64,000 nt of DNA, from positions 23,474 to 87,473 of IMG/VR virus record IMGVR_UViG_3300013104_000019. One strand, 5' to 3'. Under the pieces are notes generated by a model. The model was not told the DNA's origin, did no database searches, and was given only the letters and a program-made list of their open reading frames with translations. Every line of letters begins with the position of its first letter. The first letter of the stretch is position 1. This stretch comes from a virus (taxonomy: Duplodnaviria > Heunggongvirae > Uroviricota > Caudoviricetes). This document shows positions 53,691-61,970 of this stretch, piece after piece. A program made the translations under genes and the position numbers.

Positions 53691-54776
53691 ATGGTCACGG
53701 TTACGGTATATCCACCACAGGAGCAACCCAAGCAACTCACGGCAAATCACCGCCCTGATAATTTGGAAGAACACATGTTGGCGTTTCTTAATGTCAACAA
53801 CAGCAAAGGGTTTCCTCTCCTTACCACTGAGGAGTCGGACAATCTTGGCAACTTGCTTTACGATTACGTAACACAAAACCAGACGATCAAGAAGAATGAT
53901 GCCTCGCAAATGGCGATGGAGATTCGTCGACGCTCCGGTAAGAAGATCAAGTTCATGAAAGCCTACGAGTTGTTGGCTCGTTGCTTTGGCTATTACTCAT
54001 GGCGCAATGTGCTTGGTGCTGCCAAAGAGAACGGCGAACTGGTCAATCTGAATTACGGCAAGATGACGCTTGCGGACATCTTCCAGTTCGATGCAGATCA
54101 AGAAGAACAACTGTTGGTAGTCAAAGGTGTGAATCATCCGGAGTTTCTCACCTACCAGCGACTTGCGGGTCACAACTGCAAGAACATGCCGGACATGGTC
54201 AATCTCTTTGCGCGACAATGCCGCACTGAAGCACTGGCGATGAATTACGAGATTGCCAGAGAGATTGGACTTAAGCGATGGTTCGGCGTGGAGAACATGG
54301 AAGAACTCATCAGCTGGATAGCAAGACGGCGTTTTCCTCCGGCCTTTAACCTCGACACGTTTGAAGTGAAGGAAGCAAAGCTGCGAGATTATTTGCGCAG
54401 TCCAATCTTCAGGACGCGCGCAAGGCGTGATGACATCATGCATGTGCTAAATGAATGGTGTCAGAGCGATTCAATTTCCGAGTACATCAAGCAGATGCTA
54501 GATCACTTGTGTTGTGGTCGCGATGATCTGCCGTACTTTGCTTTCTTCACGCGACAATACGGCGTCTGCGGGATAGAGTGGAATAGTTCCGGGCAAGATC
54601 AGGGAGAAGCGCACAGTGAGCGCGGTGGAATTGTTCTCTTCACGGAAAATAACAAGATCGCACAAGCGTATCCGATGAAAGAGTTAGATCCGAGAACACG
54701 CGGTGGTTGGATCCATTCAGACCAGCGCTATTATCAACAAGTCAACAAAGAGTTGCAGAAAGCCCGTAAGCGGTAA
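53691..54776 (+). CDS. hypothetical protein (N-terminal domain paralog)
   Basis: 361-aa ORF; terminator follows. Confidence 0.55.
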   Translation: MVTVTVYPPQEQPKQLTANHRPDNLEEHMLAFLNVNNSKGFPLLTTEESDNLGNLLYDYVTQNQTIKKNDASQMAMEIRRRSGKKIKFMKAYELLARCFGYYSWRNVLGAAKENGELVNLNYGKMTLADIFQFDADQEEQLLVVKGVNHPEFLTYQRLAGHNCKNMPDMVNLFARQCRTEALAMNYEIAREIGLKRWFGVENMEELISWIARRRFPPAFNLDTFEVKEAKLRDYLRSPIFRTRARRDDIMHVLNEWCQSDSISEYIKQMLDHLCCGRDDLPYFAFFTRQYGVCGIEWNSSGQDQGEAHSERGGIVLFTENNKIAQAYPMKELDPRTRGGWIHSDQRYYQQVNKELQKARKR

Positions 54777-54783
54777 TTCTCAT

Positions 54784-54812
54784 GGGGGGCGTTTGCTCCC
54801 CGTTTATGCCAT
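54784..54812 (+). terminator. intrinsic terminator with TTTATGCC tail
   Basis: ggggggcgtttgctcccc then gtttatgcc. Confidence 0.65.
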
Positions 54813-54815
54813 TAA

Positions 54816-54838
54816 TTACATTCGAAGGAAAAATCATG
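54816..54838 (+). promoter_or_regulatory. leader motif, copy 6
   Basis: ttACATTCGAAGGAAaaatcATG. Confidence 0.5.
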
Positions 54839-55267
54839 AAAAACAAAGCTACGCATTCGTTCGTTATCGAGCAGTACGTCGAATTGAAGCGCGAAGAAGA
54901 TTTGTTCATCACGGGCTTCTACTATCCGGTTAGCGTCGTTCACGATGAAGCCTCGGCAAAAGCCATCGTCTATAAAGCCGGTTACGTGGATTCGAAGATC
55001 GGTCAGGACGGCTGGATGCCGCTTCTGCGTTGCAGCGAAGTGCCGATCATGCCGAAAGAAGAACCGGTACCTAAACTGGAAGATTTGGGTTTCACCAAAC
55101 GCATCCTCCGCATCTTGGCGGCCGATGGCATCTTCGACTTCAGCCAGTTGCTGATTCATTCGGCCGACGACCTCATCAAAGGCCCGCACTTGGGTGCGAA
55201 GTCTTTGGCAGAAATTCGCACCAAGCTGGCGGAGAAAGGATACCGTCTTCGCGGCGACAAAAAATAA
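54836..55267 (+). CDS. protein with RNA polymerase alpha-subunit C-terminal-domain (alpha-CTD)-like module
   Basis: Trimmed to MKNKATH after TTACATTCGAAGGAAAAATCATG. C-terminus LEDLGFTKRILRILAADGIFDFSQLLIHSADDLIKGPHLGAKSLAEIRTKLAEKG parallels RpoA alpha-CTD [55 protein letters not shown]. Confidence 0.6.
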   Translation: MKNKATHSFVIEQYVELKREEDLFITGFYYPVSVVHDEASAKAIVYKAGYVDSKIGQDGWMPLLRCSEVPIMPKEEPVPKLEDLGFTKRILRILAADGIFDFSQLLIHSADDLIKGPHLGAKSLAEIRTKLAEKGYRLRGDKK

Positions 55268-55301
55268 GAACTCCCTCTTCTTCGTATGAGGGTAGTCAAC
55301 C

Positions 55302-55326
55302 TTTTATGAAATTCGAATAAATTAGG
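55302..55326 (+). promoter_or_regulatory. second copy of the (T)ATGAAATTCGAATAA motif
   Basis: ttttatgAAATTCGAATAAattagg, upstream of 55342. Confidence 0.45.
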
Positions 55327-55341
55327 ACCAAGGGGTATCAC

Positions 55342-55653
55342 ATGAGCGCCGTTGCTGTGAAGTGGAGTAATGTCGAATTGCATGGCTTCTGGTTCGTCAC
55401 CAACTTCTTGCGGGAAGAAGGACTCGACGACTTCGGAGTAAAGGCGGTCATGGATGACCTCAACATGCAATACGAAAAATACCGGAAAACACAAACCGGT
55501 AGAAACGACTTCGGGCCGGACTTCAAGTTCGACACCGAATATAAGCCGTACATCGGCAGGATTCAGATGATCGATCCGGTCACCAAGCACTGCTTTGGTG
55601 AGACGCACGTCTGTTTCGAAGACAACGGTGGAGTCTCCATTCTGCCGTTCTGA
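55342..55653 (+). CDS. hypothetical protein
   Basis: Preceded by the TATGAAATTCGAATAA palindrome motif; terminator follows. Confidence 0.5.
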   Translation: MSAVAVKWSNVELHGFWFVTNFLREEGLDDFGVKAVMDDLNMQYEKYRKTQTGRNDFGPDFKFDTEYKPYIGRIQMIDPVTKHCFGETHVCFEDNGGVSILPF

Positions 55654-55663
55654 CCAACACGGG

Positions 55664-55695
55664 GCCCGGTGTGAAAATCACCGGGCTTTATGCCC
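55664..55695 (+). terminator. intrinsic terminator with TTTATGCC tail
   Basis: gcccggtgtgaaaatcaccgggc then tttatgccc. Confidence 0.7.
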
Positions 55696-55719
55696 TTAAG
55701 TAATCTTGGAGCAAAAGAA

Positions 55720-56595
55720 ATGCAGCCCAACAGAAAAGCAGTCTTGTTGTCGGATGAAGAAGCCTGTGCGCGCTATGGCAAAATCATCGAGATGGTCCGT
55801 TGCGGGTCTCGGTTGCTCGCCGCTGACGTGAAGAAGTATCTGGATGAGATCTGCTGGGAACCCGAAGTTATTCGGGAGGCTCTTAACAAGGCGGCCGACT
55901 CAGCTCAATTTCCTTTCGGACGAGCAATGTTCATGGCCACGTTCACGGCAGGGTCAACACTGGCGCTGATCGCTACCGCTCACGTTGATCGACAACCTTC
56001 GCCGCTCTCGCTGACCTTTATGCTTAAATTGGAAGAACGCGAGAATGTGTTCAAGATCAGCAAGCTTCTATCGTACAATCCGTCCCGGCCGTTCGCACCT
56101 CAATGGCAAGATCAGAGCAGGGGGCAGTTCTCCCATCCCCGTCTGGGTGTGATGGAAGCTGGCTACAACCCCGGCCAGCCTTACGGTCCCGGACCTAACG
56201 GCTATCCTGGCTTCCGGACTTCGGTATTCAATCCGGGTGTCGGTTTTGTCAAGCAAAGCCAGATCGATCTGTTGGTGACTTCTTTCGAAGAAATCAAGCC
56301 GTACTTCGAGATCCTCGAAAAGCGACACTTCGATACGCAACACGAGATGGCGATTTTCGAAACCATCATGCAACGCTCGTGTGGTCCGGATCTGCGAGCT
56401 TATTGGCGCTTCAACATGATCGGCCGTTGGGATGAAGGGCAAGACGCCGGTGCTCGACTTCTGCTCGAAACTTACGAAGTGGGACACGAGGGCGAAGAAA
56501 CCAAGATCTCCTCGTATCAGACGGCATTCGGTACTTACCTCGACGGCATTCCGCCCGGACACTCGACGATGCAACCTCCGTACTCGTCGATCTAA
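55720..56595 (+). CDS. hypothetical protein
   Basis: Trimmed to MQPNRK after ggagcaaaagaaATG. Confidence 0.55.
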   Translation: MQPNRKAVLLSDEEACARYGKIIEMVRCGSRLLAADVKKYLDEICWEPEVIREALNKAADSAQFPFGRAMFMATFTAGSTLALIATAHVDRQPSPLSLTFMLKLEERENVFKISKLLSYNPSRPFAPQWQDQSRGQFSHPRLGVMEAGYNPGQPYGPGPNGYPGFRTSVFNPGVGFVKQSQIDLLVTSFEEIKPYFEILEKRHFDTQHEMAIFETIMQRSCGPDLRAYWRFNMIGRWDEGQDAGARLLLETYEVGHEGEETKISSYQTAFGTYLDGIPPGHSTMQPPYSSI

Positions 56596-56611
56596 GTCGC
56601 ACTGTAGAAAG

Positions 56612-56642
56612 TTTCAGTCACATATAACCTTGTCGATATTGG
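56612..56642 (+). promoter_or_regulatory. related motif C (TTTCAGTCACATATAACCTTGTCGATATTGG)
   Basis: Shares the CATATAACCTT core with A and B, and TTTCAGTCACATAT with D. Confidence 0.4.
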
Positions 56643-56660
56643 AAACAGTATCGATCCCAT

Positions 56661-56693
56661 TTACATTCGAAGCAATTAGGAGAGTCAATCATG
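56661..56693 (+). promoter_or_regulatory. leader motif, copy 7 (variant)
   Basis: ttACATTCGAAGcaattaggagagtcaatcATG. Confidence 0.4.
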
Positions 56694-57839
56694 CAACAGC
56701 AAGAAAACCAGCAAGAAACCATCGGTCAAGCCGCCATCAAGATGGTAGCAGTCGAGCGCTTCCAACAGCGCCAGAAAGTCTTGGAGTGGATGCTCCAGGA
56801 AGGCAAGCTGCCCGAGACGCGCGGCTACCTCTTGTTCCAACCGGGTCTCATGATCCAGCGAGGAGCCACGCTCCATCAACTGCAAGCTTCGCTCGATCAG
56901 GCTATCCCGGAAGTCAATCGCGAGATCCGGGAAGCGGTCCAGAAGACGATCGCGGAATTCGCTGCAAACAACGCACTCGATCAGGTATCGATCGAGGGCA
57001 AGGTGCTCGGCTATACGGATCACCCGGATGGCGACTTCCGGGCCGAGATCCAGATCTGGACGGACTATGAAAGCATCCCCAGTCTCGTCCTGACGTTCGC
57101 GCTGCGTCTGAGTTCGGAGCGTGGTCGATCGTTCTGGCATTACACCGGGTTCAAGCCGTACCGGGAAGAATGGCCGAACATGATGCTGGAAGTCCCGCAA
57201 GCTGCACCGGCGGAAGAATTCCCGCGTGTCGATCCGGAAAAGATCAGTGCTCCGCCGTTGGGGGCGATCTTCATGTCGCGCGATCAGCGTCTGGGGATCG
57301 AGCCCGAAAGCAAGATCACTGCGCCGACCGAGTTCATCATGGGCGAACCCGAAGTCGCAGTCAAGCTGATGTCGTCGTCGCAGGTTCCGGTGGAAGAAGA
57401 CGGCATGGTGTCGCTCTTCGGGCCTAGTCCGCAGCGCATGGCTGAAATCGCAGCGGGCAATCGGGAAGAAGAACTCTCGATGGGCGAGAAGATCAAGCGG
57501 TTGATCGCTCGCGGGCATCGCATGTCGGATGCCGATCTGGCCATCGGCGGCAAGATGAAGGTCGATGTGAAGACGCGTGCTGACGCGAAGCACTTCCTCG
57601 ATGAAGTGTTCCGCAACGGCAACCTCTGGCTGTACAACCAACTGAACGCGGCGCTCGAAGCCAACGAGCGCAATCTGGACTTCGTGTTCGAGTTGTCGAT
57701 CAACGGCAACTGGCAGGAGTATCGTGGTCCGATCGAAGCCGATGTCAAGCTGAAGGCTTACTGGTCGAAAGATCCGGTGCGTGTGCACAAGGTCTTCTCG
57801 ATCAATGGCCCGGTGGAAATCGGCGTGATTGTTCAATAA
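56691..57839 (+). CDS. hypothetical protein
   Basis: 382 aa. Preceded by promoter-like motif C, TTTACATTCGAAGCAATTAGGAGAGTCAATCATG. A full-length antisense ORF was rejected on composition grounds. Confidence 0.55.
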   Translation: MQQQENQQETIGQAAIKMVAVERFQQRQKVLEWMLQEGKLPETRGYLLFQPGLMIQRGATLHQLQASLDQAIPEVNREIREAVQKTIAEFAANNALDQVSIEGKVLGYTDHPDGDFRAEIQIWTDYESIPSLVLTFALRLSSERGRSFWHYTGFKPYREEWPNMMLEVPQAAPAEEFPRVDPEKISAPPLGAIFMSRDQRLGIEPESKITAPTEFIMGEPEVAVKLMSSSQVPVEEDGMVSLFGPSPQRMAEIAAGNREEELSMGEKIKRLIARGHRMSDADLAIGGKMKVDVKTRADAKHFLDEVFRNGNLWLYNQLNAALEANERNLDFVFELSINGNWQEYRGPIEADVKLKAYWSKDPVRVHKVFSINGPVEIGVIVQ

Positions 57840-57849
57840 GTAGTAACAC

Positions 57850-57880
57850 GGGGCTGGGGTAATCCCAGCCCTCTTTTTTC
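57850..57880 (+). terminator. intrinsic terminator
   Basis: gggctggggtaatcccagccc then tcttttttcc. Confidence 0.8.
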
Positions 57881-57895
57881 CTTAAGGAGACCATC

Positions 57896-58231
57896 ATGAA
57901 AAAGACTCTGCTTTTCCTCGCAACTATCCTGTCGGTATCCACCGCACAAGCGGGCATCACCTGCGTCTACACCAAGACCAAGGTTCTGTCCAACGGCTAC
58001 CTCGCAGTCGAGCATCCGATCACGGTGTATCGTGAACCGAACACCACGTCAGAATCGAAGACCATCACGGAGCCATCGGCGTACTACGTCACTGGCAAGA
58101 AGGACGGCTTTCTCAAACTGGCAGATGCTCGCTACTACGAGAAAGATCCGAACTACGCTTTCTCTGGCTGGGGGAAAGTGAAGGACTTTGACTCAGTTGC
58201 GTTTCGCAACTGCACGGTGGTTGGCCAATGA
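57896..58231 (+). CDS. small secreted protein (signal peptide)
   Basis: MKKTLLFLATILSVSTAQA. RBS aaggagaccatcATG; bidirectional terminator follows. Confidence 0.55.
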   Translation: MKKTLLFLATILSVSTAQAGITCVYTKTKVLSNGYLAVEHPITVYREPNTTSESKTITEPSAYYVTGKKDGFLKLADARYYEKDPNYAFSGWGKVKDFDSVAFRNCTVVGQ

Positions 58232-58245
58232 GGCGCGGGCATAAA

Positions 58246-58265
58246 CGGGGGGCAGTCGCCCCCCG
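58246..58265. terminator. bidirectional terminator at the strand-switch point
   Basis: cggggggcagtcgccccccg. The plus side is followed by aaatatgctg, the minus side by TTTATGCCCG. Confidence 0.7.
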
Positions 58266-58292
58266 AAATATGCTGTCCTTCTTTTTTTGTCT

Positions 58293-59702
58293 TCACGCAG
58301 CTTTGGCACGTGTGCGGAACTTCTCCAGCGACTGAACGATACCGTCCATTTGCTTGATGTCGTTTTGCTGGGCAATCTGCTGACGGCTCAGACCCTTATC
58401 TGCCAGCTTAAGCGACATGTTCCACCGCACTGTCGACACCGCATGCGAGAGATACTTCGCACTCGCATCGAGCGACTTCCAATAACGTTGGAAAGTCAAA
58501 TCGACCTTCAACACCACTGCCAGAAGACCATGCAGCTCCTTGAGCAGCTCTCGCCCGTGCTTGGCGATCTCGCCTTTGAAGCTGGTGTCTGCGCCGCTCT
58601 TTTCCTTCTTACTTTCCTCGGCAAACATCTTCTGGGCTTTTTGCGCTTCTTCTCGCATGTACTCCAGCTCTTTGGCCATCTCCGCCCGGTCACGAGCGTA
58701 AGCCATGATTTCCGGAGACGAAACGGCTTGCGAGAACGTACGCAGTGCTTCGTTGATGCCTTCCGGGAACTTCACATTGCCCGAATCCAACTGGTGCTGC
58801 TTGGCAGCGAGCTTGTTCAGTTCCTGCACGAGTACACCATGCACACGACGCGGATTGGCCATCAGCTGCATGTAGTGCTGCTTCAATGCCGGGATGTGTT
58901 CGTCCGGGTTGGACTCCTTACCGACATCGCGTTCAGCAGCTTTGACGAGTTCCCGATACGCATGGCGTGCGTCTTCAAGAATCGTCATCGGACGAGACTG
59001 ATCCACCACTTTGAGCATCCCCATCATCGCCTGGGTGTATTCACCCGTCGACAAATGGTCCATCTGGAGCGCGTTGAGCGGCGGAATGTAGCCGACGTGG
59101 TCTGCCACATGCGGCTTTGCACCGTAATCTTCCTGAGCTGGTACAGGCTTCTTGCCTGCGTTACGCTCTGCCTTCTTGCGCTTCGTGTAGTGCTCCAGCC
59201 CCTGGAGAGCAGCTTTCAACTCAGCCGTCGCTTCCGGACCAGTCTGTGCGCCACACTGCTTGGCGTGCTCTAGCATCTCCTGCTTGATCTTGACTTCATC
59301 GATCATAGTGACCGAAGGCGTCTTGTCATCGTGCCGGTAGAAGAAGTGATGAATCGCGTACGTGATGATAGCCACCACCGCGCCAGCCATGGCAGCCAAC
59401 ATCGCGGCCAAACCCAGATTGATGGCTTCCATCGCCATTTCGTACTTCTCTTCATCGCTCTTCTCACAGAAGCACAGATTGCCCATGGTGGTATCCCCCA
59501 TGGTCGAATCGCACTCCAGTGCCAAGTCCAACGAGAGAACCTTCTGGCTCTCCAGTGCAGACTTGTAGGTGAGGAGTTTGCCGTACTTATCTTCGGCATC
59601 CTCCATTTTGTTGAACTTCACACGGACTTGAGCGAACTGATCCATGTCGCTTGTCATCAACGAGTAAAGATCGTCGAATGGTGAAATTTCGATTCCGCTC
59701 AT
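58293..59702 (-). CDS. hypothetical protein with one TM helix (469 aa)
   Basis: Track ORF (to 59807) trimmed to MSGIEISPFDD; the upstream 35 aa are R/W-rich and overlap the helicase end. Lys/Glu/Ala-rich helical protein with hydrophobic segment LGLAAMLAAMAGAVVAIITYAI. Antisense ORF 58287..59273 rejected. Confidence 0.5.
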   Translation of the reverse strand: MSGIEISPFDDLYSLMTSDMDQFAQVRVKFNKMEDAEDKYGKLLTYKSALESQKVLSLDLALECDSTMGDTTMGNLCFCEKSDEEKYEMAMEAINLGLAAMLAAMAGAVVAIITYAIHHFFYRHDDKTPSVTMIDEVKIKQEMLEHAKQCGAQTGPEATAELKAALQGLEHYTKRKKAERNAGKKPVPAQEDYGAKPHVADHVGYIPPLNALQMDHLSTGEYTQAMMGMLKVVDQSRPMTILEDARHAYRELVKAAERDVGKESNPDEHIPALKQHYMQLMANPRRVHGVLVQELNKLAAKQHQLDSGNVKFPEGINEALRTFSQAVSSPEIMAYARDRAEMAKELEYMREEAQKAQKMFAEESKKEKSGADTSFKGEIAKHGRELLKELHGLLAVVLKVDLTFQRYWKSLDASAKYLSHAVSTVRWNMSLKLADKGLSRQQIAQQNDIKQMDGIVQSLEKFRTRAKAA

Positions 59703-59703
59703 T

Positions 59704-61920
59704 TTACCAATTTGCCCAAGAAGGTTTAACAGGCTCGTCGTATTCCAACTTGCCGCTCCAATCTGCTTCCATTCCTTCCATCTCTGCGAAGTTCTCAAGC
59801 GCCGCACACTGCTCTTCGAACACCCACTCCGGCAAGAACTCCGGACCCGGATACAACGGACTCTGAGTCAACGGATAGTTCTCAATCGCAGCATTGGGTA
59901 CAGGACCGCCACCCAAGATCTCATTGACTTGCTGCTTACTCCACGCCATGATGTCGTGTGAGCGTGTCGAGATGTTGGGCTTGTCTCCCGTATCCAACTT
60001 CACGTTCCAGATGTGCACGGGACTGTCCTGACCATTACGATCAGTACGTGCGACGGCTTGTTCGTACTCGTAAGAGCGAAATGGCACGTTCATCATGATC
60101 GTGTTGTTCGCCATCACAAGCGGCACTGCTGTCGAGAGCGAAGCGAAGGTCGCACACAGCGGGTTGACGTCCGGATTCTTCTCAAACGTCCCTACGTGAG
60201 CTGCAAGGTCGTTATTGGTTGCTCCGTACACCAGAATTGGCCGGTAACCCAGTTTCTTCAACTCCGCATTGGCTGCATCCACTACCGGTACGTAGGACGT
60301 GAAGATGATGGTCTTCTTCTCGGCCTGATCGATGATTTCAGCAATCGTGATCGGCACGTACTCATCCTTACCGCCCTTGCTGTCCTTGACTTCGAACCAC
60401 TTGCCACGCAGCATGTCCTCGTGACACTTCACGCGTGCCTGACCCAGTACCTTACCCAAAGCCTCACCCTGCACCTTGAGCATGTAGTACTTGATGATGG
60501 AACGGATGTCTTTGAACTTGTCCCGCATCTCCTTCGGAAGAACAGGCATGATGACCTTCTTCTCGTAGTGATTACAGAACGCACTCATGTCGCGCATTTC
60601 CTTCGGGTCAAAGCCTTCCCGGATTTTCGCGATGTACGACTTGTACAGTTCGTACTCCTTCCACTTGTCTTCCTTGTGACCTACGATAGTCGCCACCAGT
60701 TGAGCCGTCACGCCTTTCTTGGGCAGAGCCACTCGCTCGAAGTACGCCAAGATGTCCTTATACTGCTTCTCGTACGACGACATGTTGCGCTGGTAGTACG
60801 CCACTCGCTCCTTGACGAACTTCACCATCTGTTCCTTGATGGCTTCGAGCGTATAGTCATCGCCGTTATCCATCTTGACGGCGACTTTGTGCGTGTGCAC
60901 TTCGTTACTCACCACGCTACGCTTGGAGACGTGGAAGTGCACATTACCCATGCGGTGATGCAGGATGTCGTTAGCCGCACTGGAAGACTTGCCGTAGATG
61001 GCCTGAAAACGCCGCTGAGCGTCTTCGTCGAAGAAGGGGTCTATCGTACTGAACAGGGGCGTAGCTTCCCGTCCTACGGCCTTAATTGGCGTCCCAGAGG
61101 ACCAGATCACGTGATTGCTGCGCGTATAGCGACAGATCTCACGGAAAGTCTCGGAACGCAGCGAGTCGTACTCGTTCAAACCGTGCGATTCGTCCAGTGC
61201 AATCATCACGTTACCGCTTACGCCAATCTTTCTCAGATGGCTAAGCAGCTCAGGTAGCGCGTCGAAGTGACAGATCAGGTACTTGTCCTGACGTGTCGGT
61301 GCGCGATCCATGAGCGAATGCCAGTAATGCGGCACCCGCTTGAACCGCTCTTCGAAGGTGGCTGCCCAAACGCGCTCGACTGCGTTCTTCGGACACACGC
61401 AAATGAGAATGTTCACCCCCAAGCACAGCGACAAGCCGATACACATCAGCGTCTTGCCCGTACCCGGATCAGCTCCAAGCAAATACCCTTTCAGCTGGTA
61501 CTTCGGCACCACCTCGTTGTAGATGCCAAAGAACTCCATCTGATGGTCCATCATCGTGACGTTGAGTTCATTCAGATGGGTGTAATTCAGGATGTTCGGA
61601 TGCTCTTGACGCGTGGACTTAAGCCACGTGTTTTCAAACATCAGATCGTAAGCACGACGCAAGGCGCGGATGTTGTGGCCTTTCTTGTGCTCAGCGATAA
61701 TGCGGCTGAAGATGTACGCCACATCCACAGCAAAAAACTTGTTGAACGACACCTCGCTATTGGAAATGTGCGTGAACACATTGTCCGCGATCTTGCGTGT
61801 ATTCCAGATGTCGTAGATGGACTTTTGGACGGTGTCACCCGGCAGTCCGGAGATGGTAATCAGGTCCCCTGATTCTCGTACAGAGATGAGTCCGATCAAC
61901 CTCCGCAGGCTCGCAAACAT
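59704..61920 (-). CDS. SNF2/DEAD-like superfamily-2 helicase
   Basis: LGADPGTGKTLMCIG (Walker A), IALDESHGL (DEXH box), WSSGTP (motif III), YEQAVARTDRNGQ (motif VI Q..R..R.GQ), with a ~240-aa N-terminal extension. Confidence 0.85.
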   Translation of the reverse strand: MFASLRRLIGLISVRESGDLITISGLPGDTVQKSIYDIWNTRKIADNVFTHISNSEVSFNKFFAVDVAYIFSRIIAEHKKGHNIRALRRAYDLMFENTWLKSTRQEHPNILNYTHLNELNVTMMDHQMEFFGIYNEVVPKYQLKGYLLGADPGTGKTLMCIGLSLCLGVNILICVCPKNAVERVWAATFEERFKRVPHYWHSLMDRAPTRQDKYLICHFDALPELLSHLRKIGVSGNVMIALDESHGLNEYDSLRSETFREICRYTRSNHVIWSSGTPIKAVGREATPLFSTIDPFFDEDAQRRFQAIYGKSSSAANDILHHRMGNVHFHVSKRSVVSNEVHTHKVAVKMDNGDDYTLEAIKEQMVKFVKERVAYYQRNMSSYEKQYKDILAYFERVALPKKGVTAQLVATIVGHKEDKWKEYELYKSYIAKIREGFDPKEMRDMSAFCNHYEKKVIMPVLPKEMRDKFKDIRSIIKYYMLKVQGEALGKVLGQARVKCHEDMLRGKWFEVKDSKGGKDEYVPITIAEIIDQAEKKTIIFTSYVPVVDAANAELKKLGYRPILVYGATNNDLAAHVGTFEKNPDVNPLCATFASLSTAVPLVMANNTIMMNVPFRSYEYEQAVARTDRNGQDSPVHIWNVKLDTGDKPNISTRSHDIMAWSKQQVNEILGGGPVPNAAIENYPLTQSPLYPGPEFLPEWVFEEQCAALENFAEMEGMEADWSGKLEYDEPVKPSWANW

Positions 61921-61970
61921 AGAGACCTCGTTAGTTGGTGTTAAGTAAGCACAAGATTTCGGAATAAAAA

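Noticed and set aside
50767-53740. Minus-strand ORFs of 336, 254 and 215 aa
   Set aside because: Each is antisense to a plus-strand gene that has an RBS, leader motif or terminator. The HTH motif of the 53120 product is on the plus strand.
56685-57836. 383-aa minus-strand ORF mirroring the 382-aa plus ORF
   Set aside because: The plus frame has an RBS, the conserved leader motif and a natural composition. The minus frame is R/H/D-rich and would break the unidirectional operon structure.
58287-59273. 328-aa plus-strand ORF
   Set aside because: It starts inside the bidirectional terminator tail with no RBS and has a Leu/Arg/His-rich composition. The minus-strand frame fits the helicase operon and has a natural composition.
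60013-61872. Plus-strand ORFs of 414 and 201 aa
   Set aside because: Antisense to the SNF2 helicase, whose motifs I to VI are all present on the minus strand.
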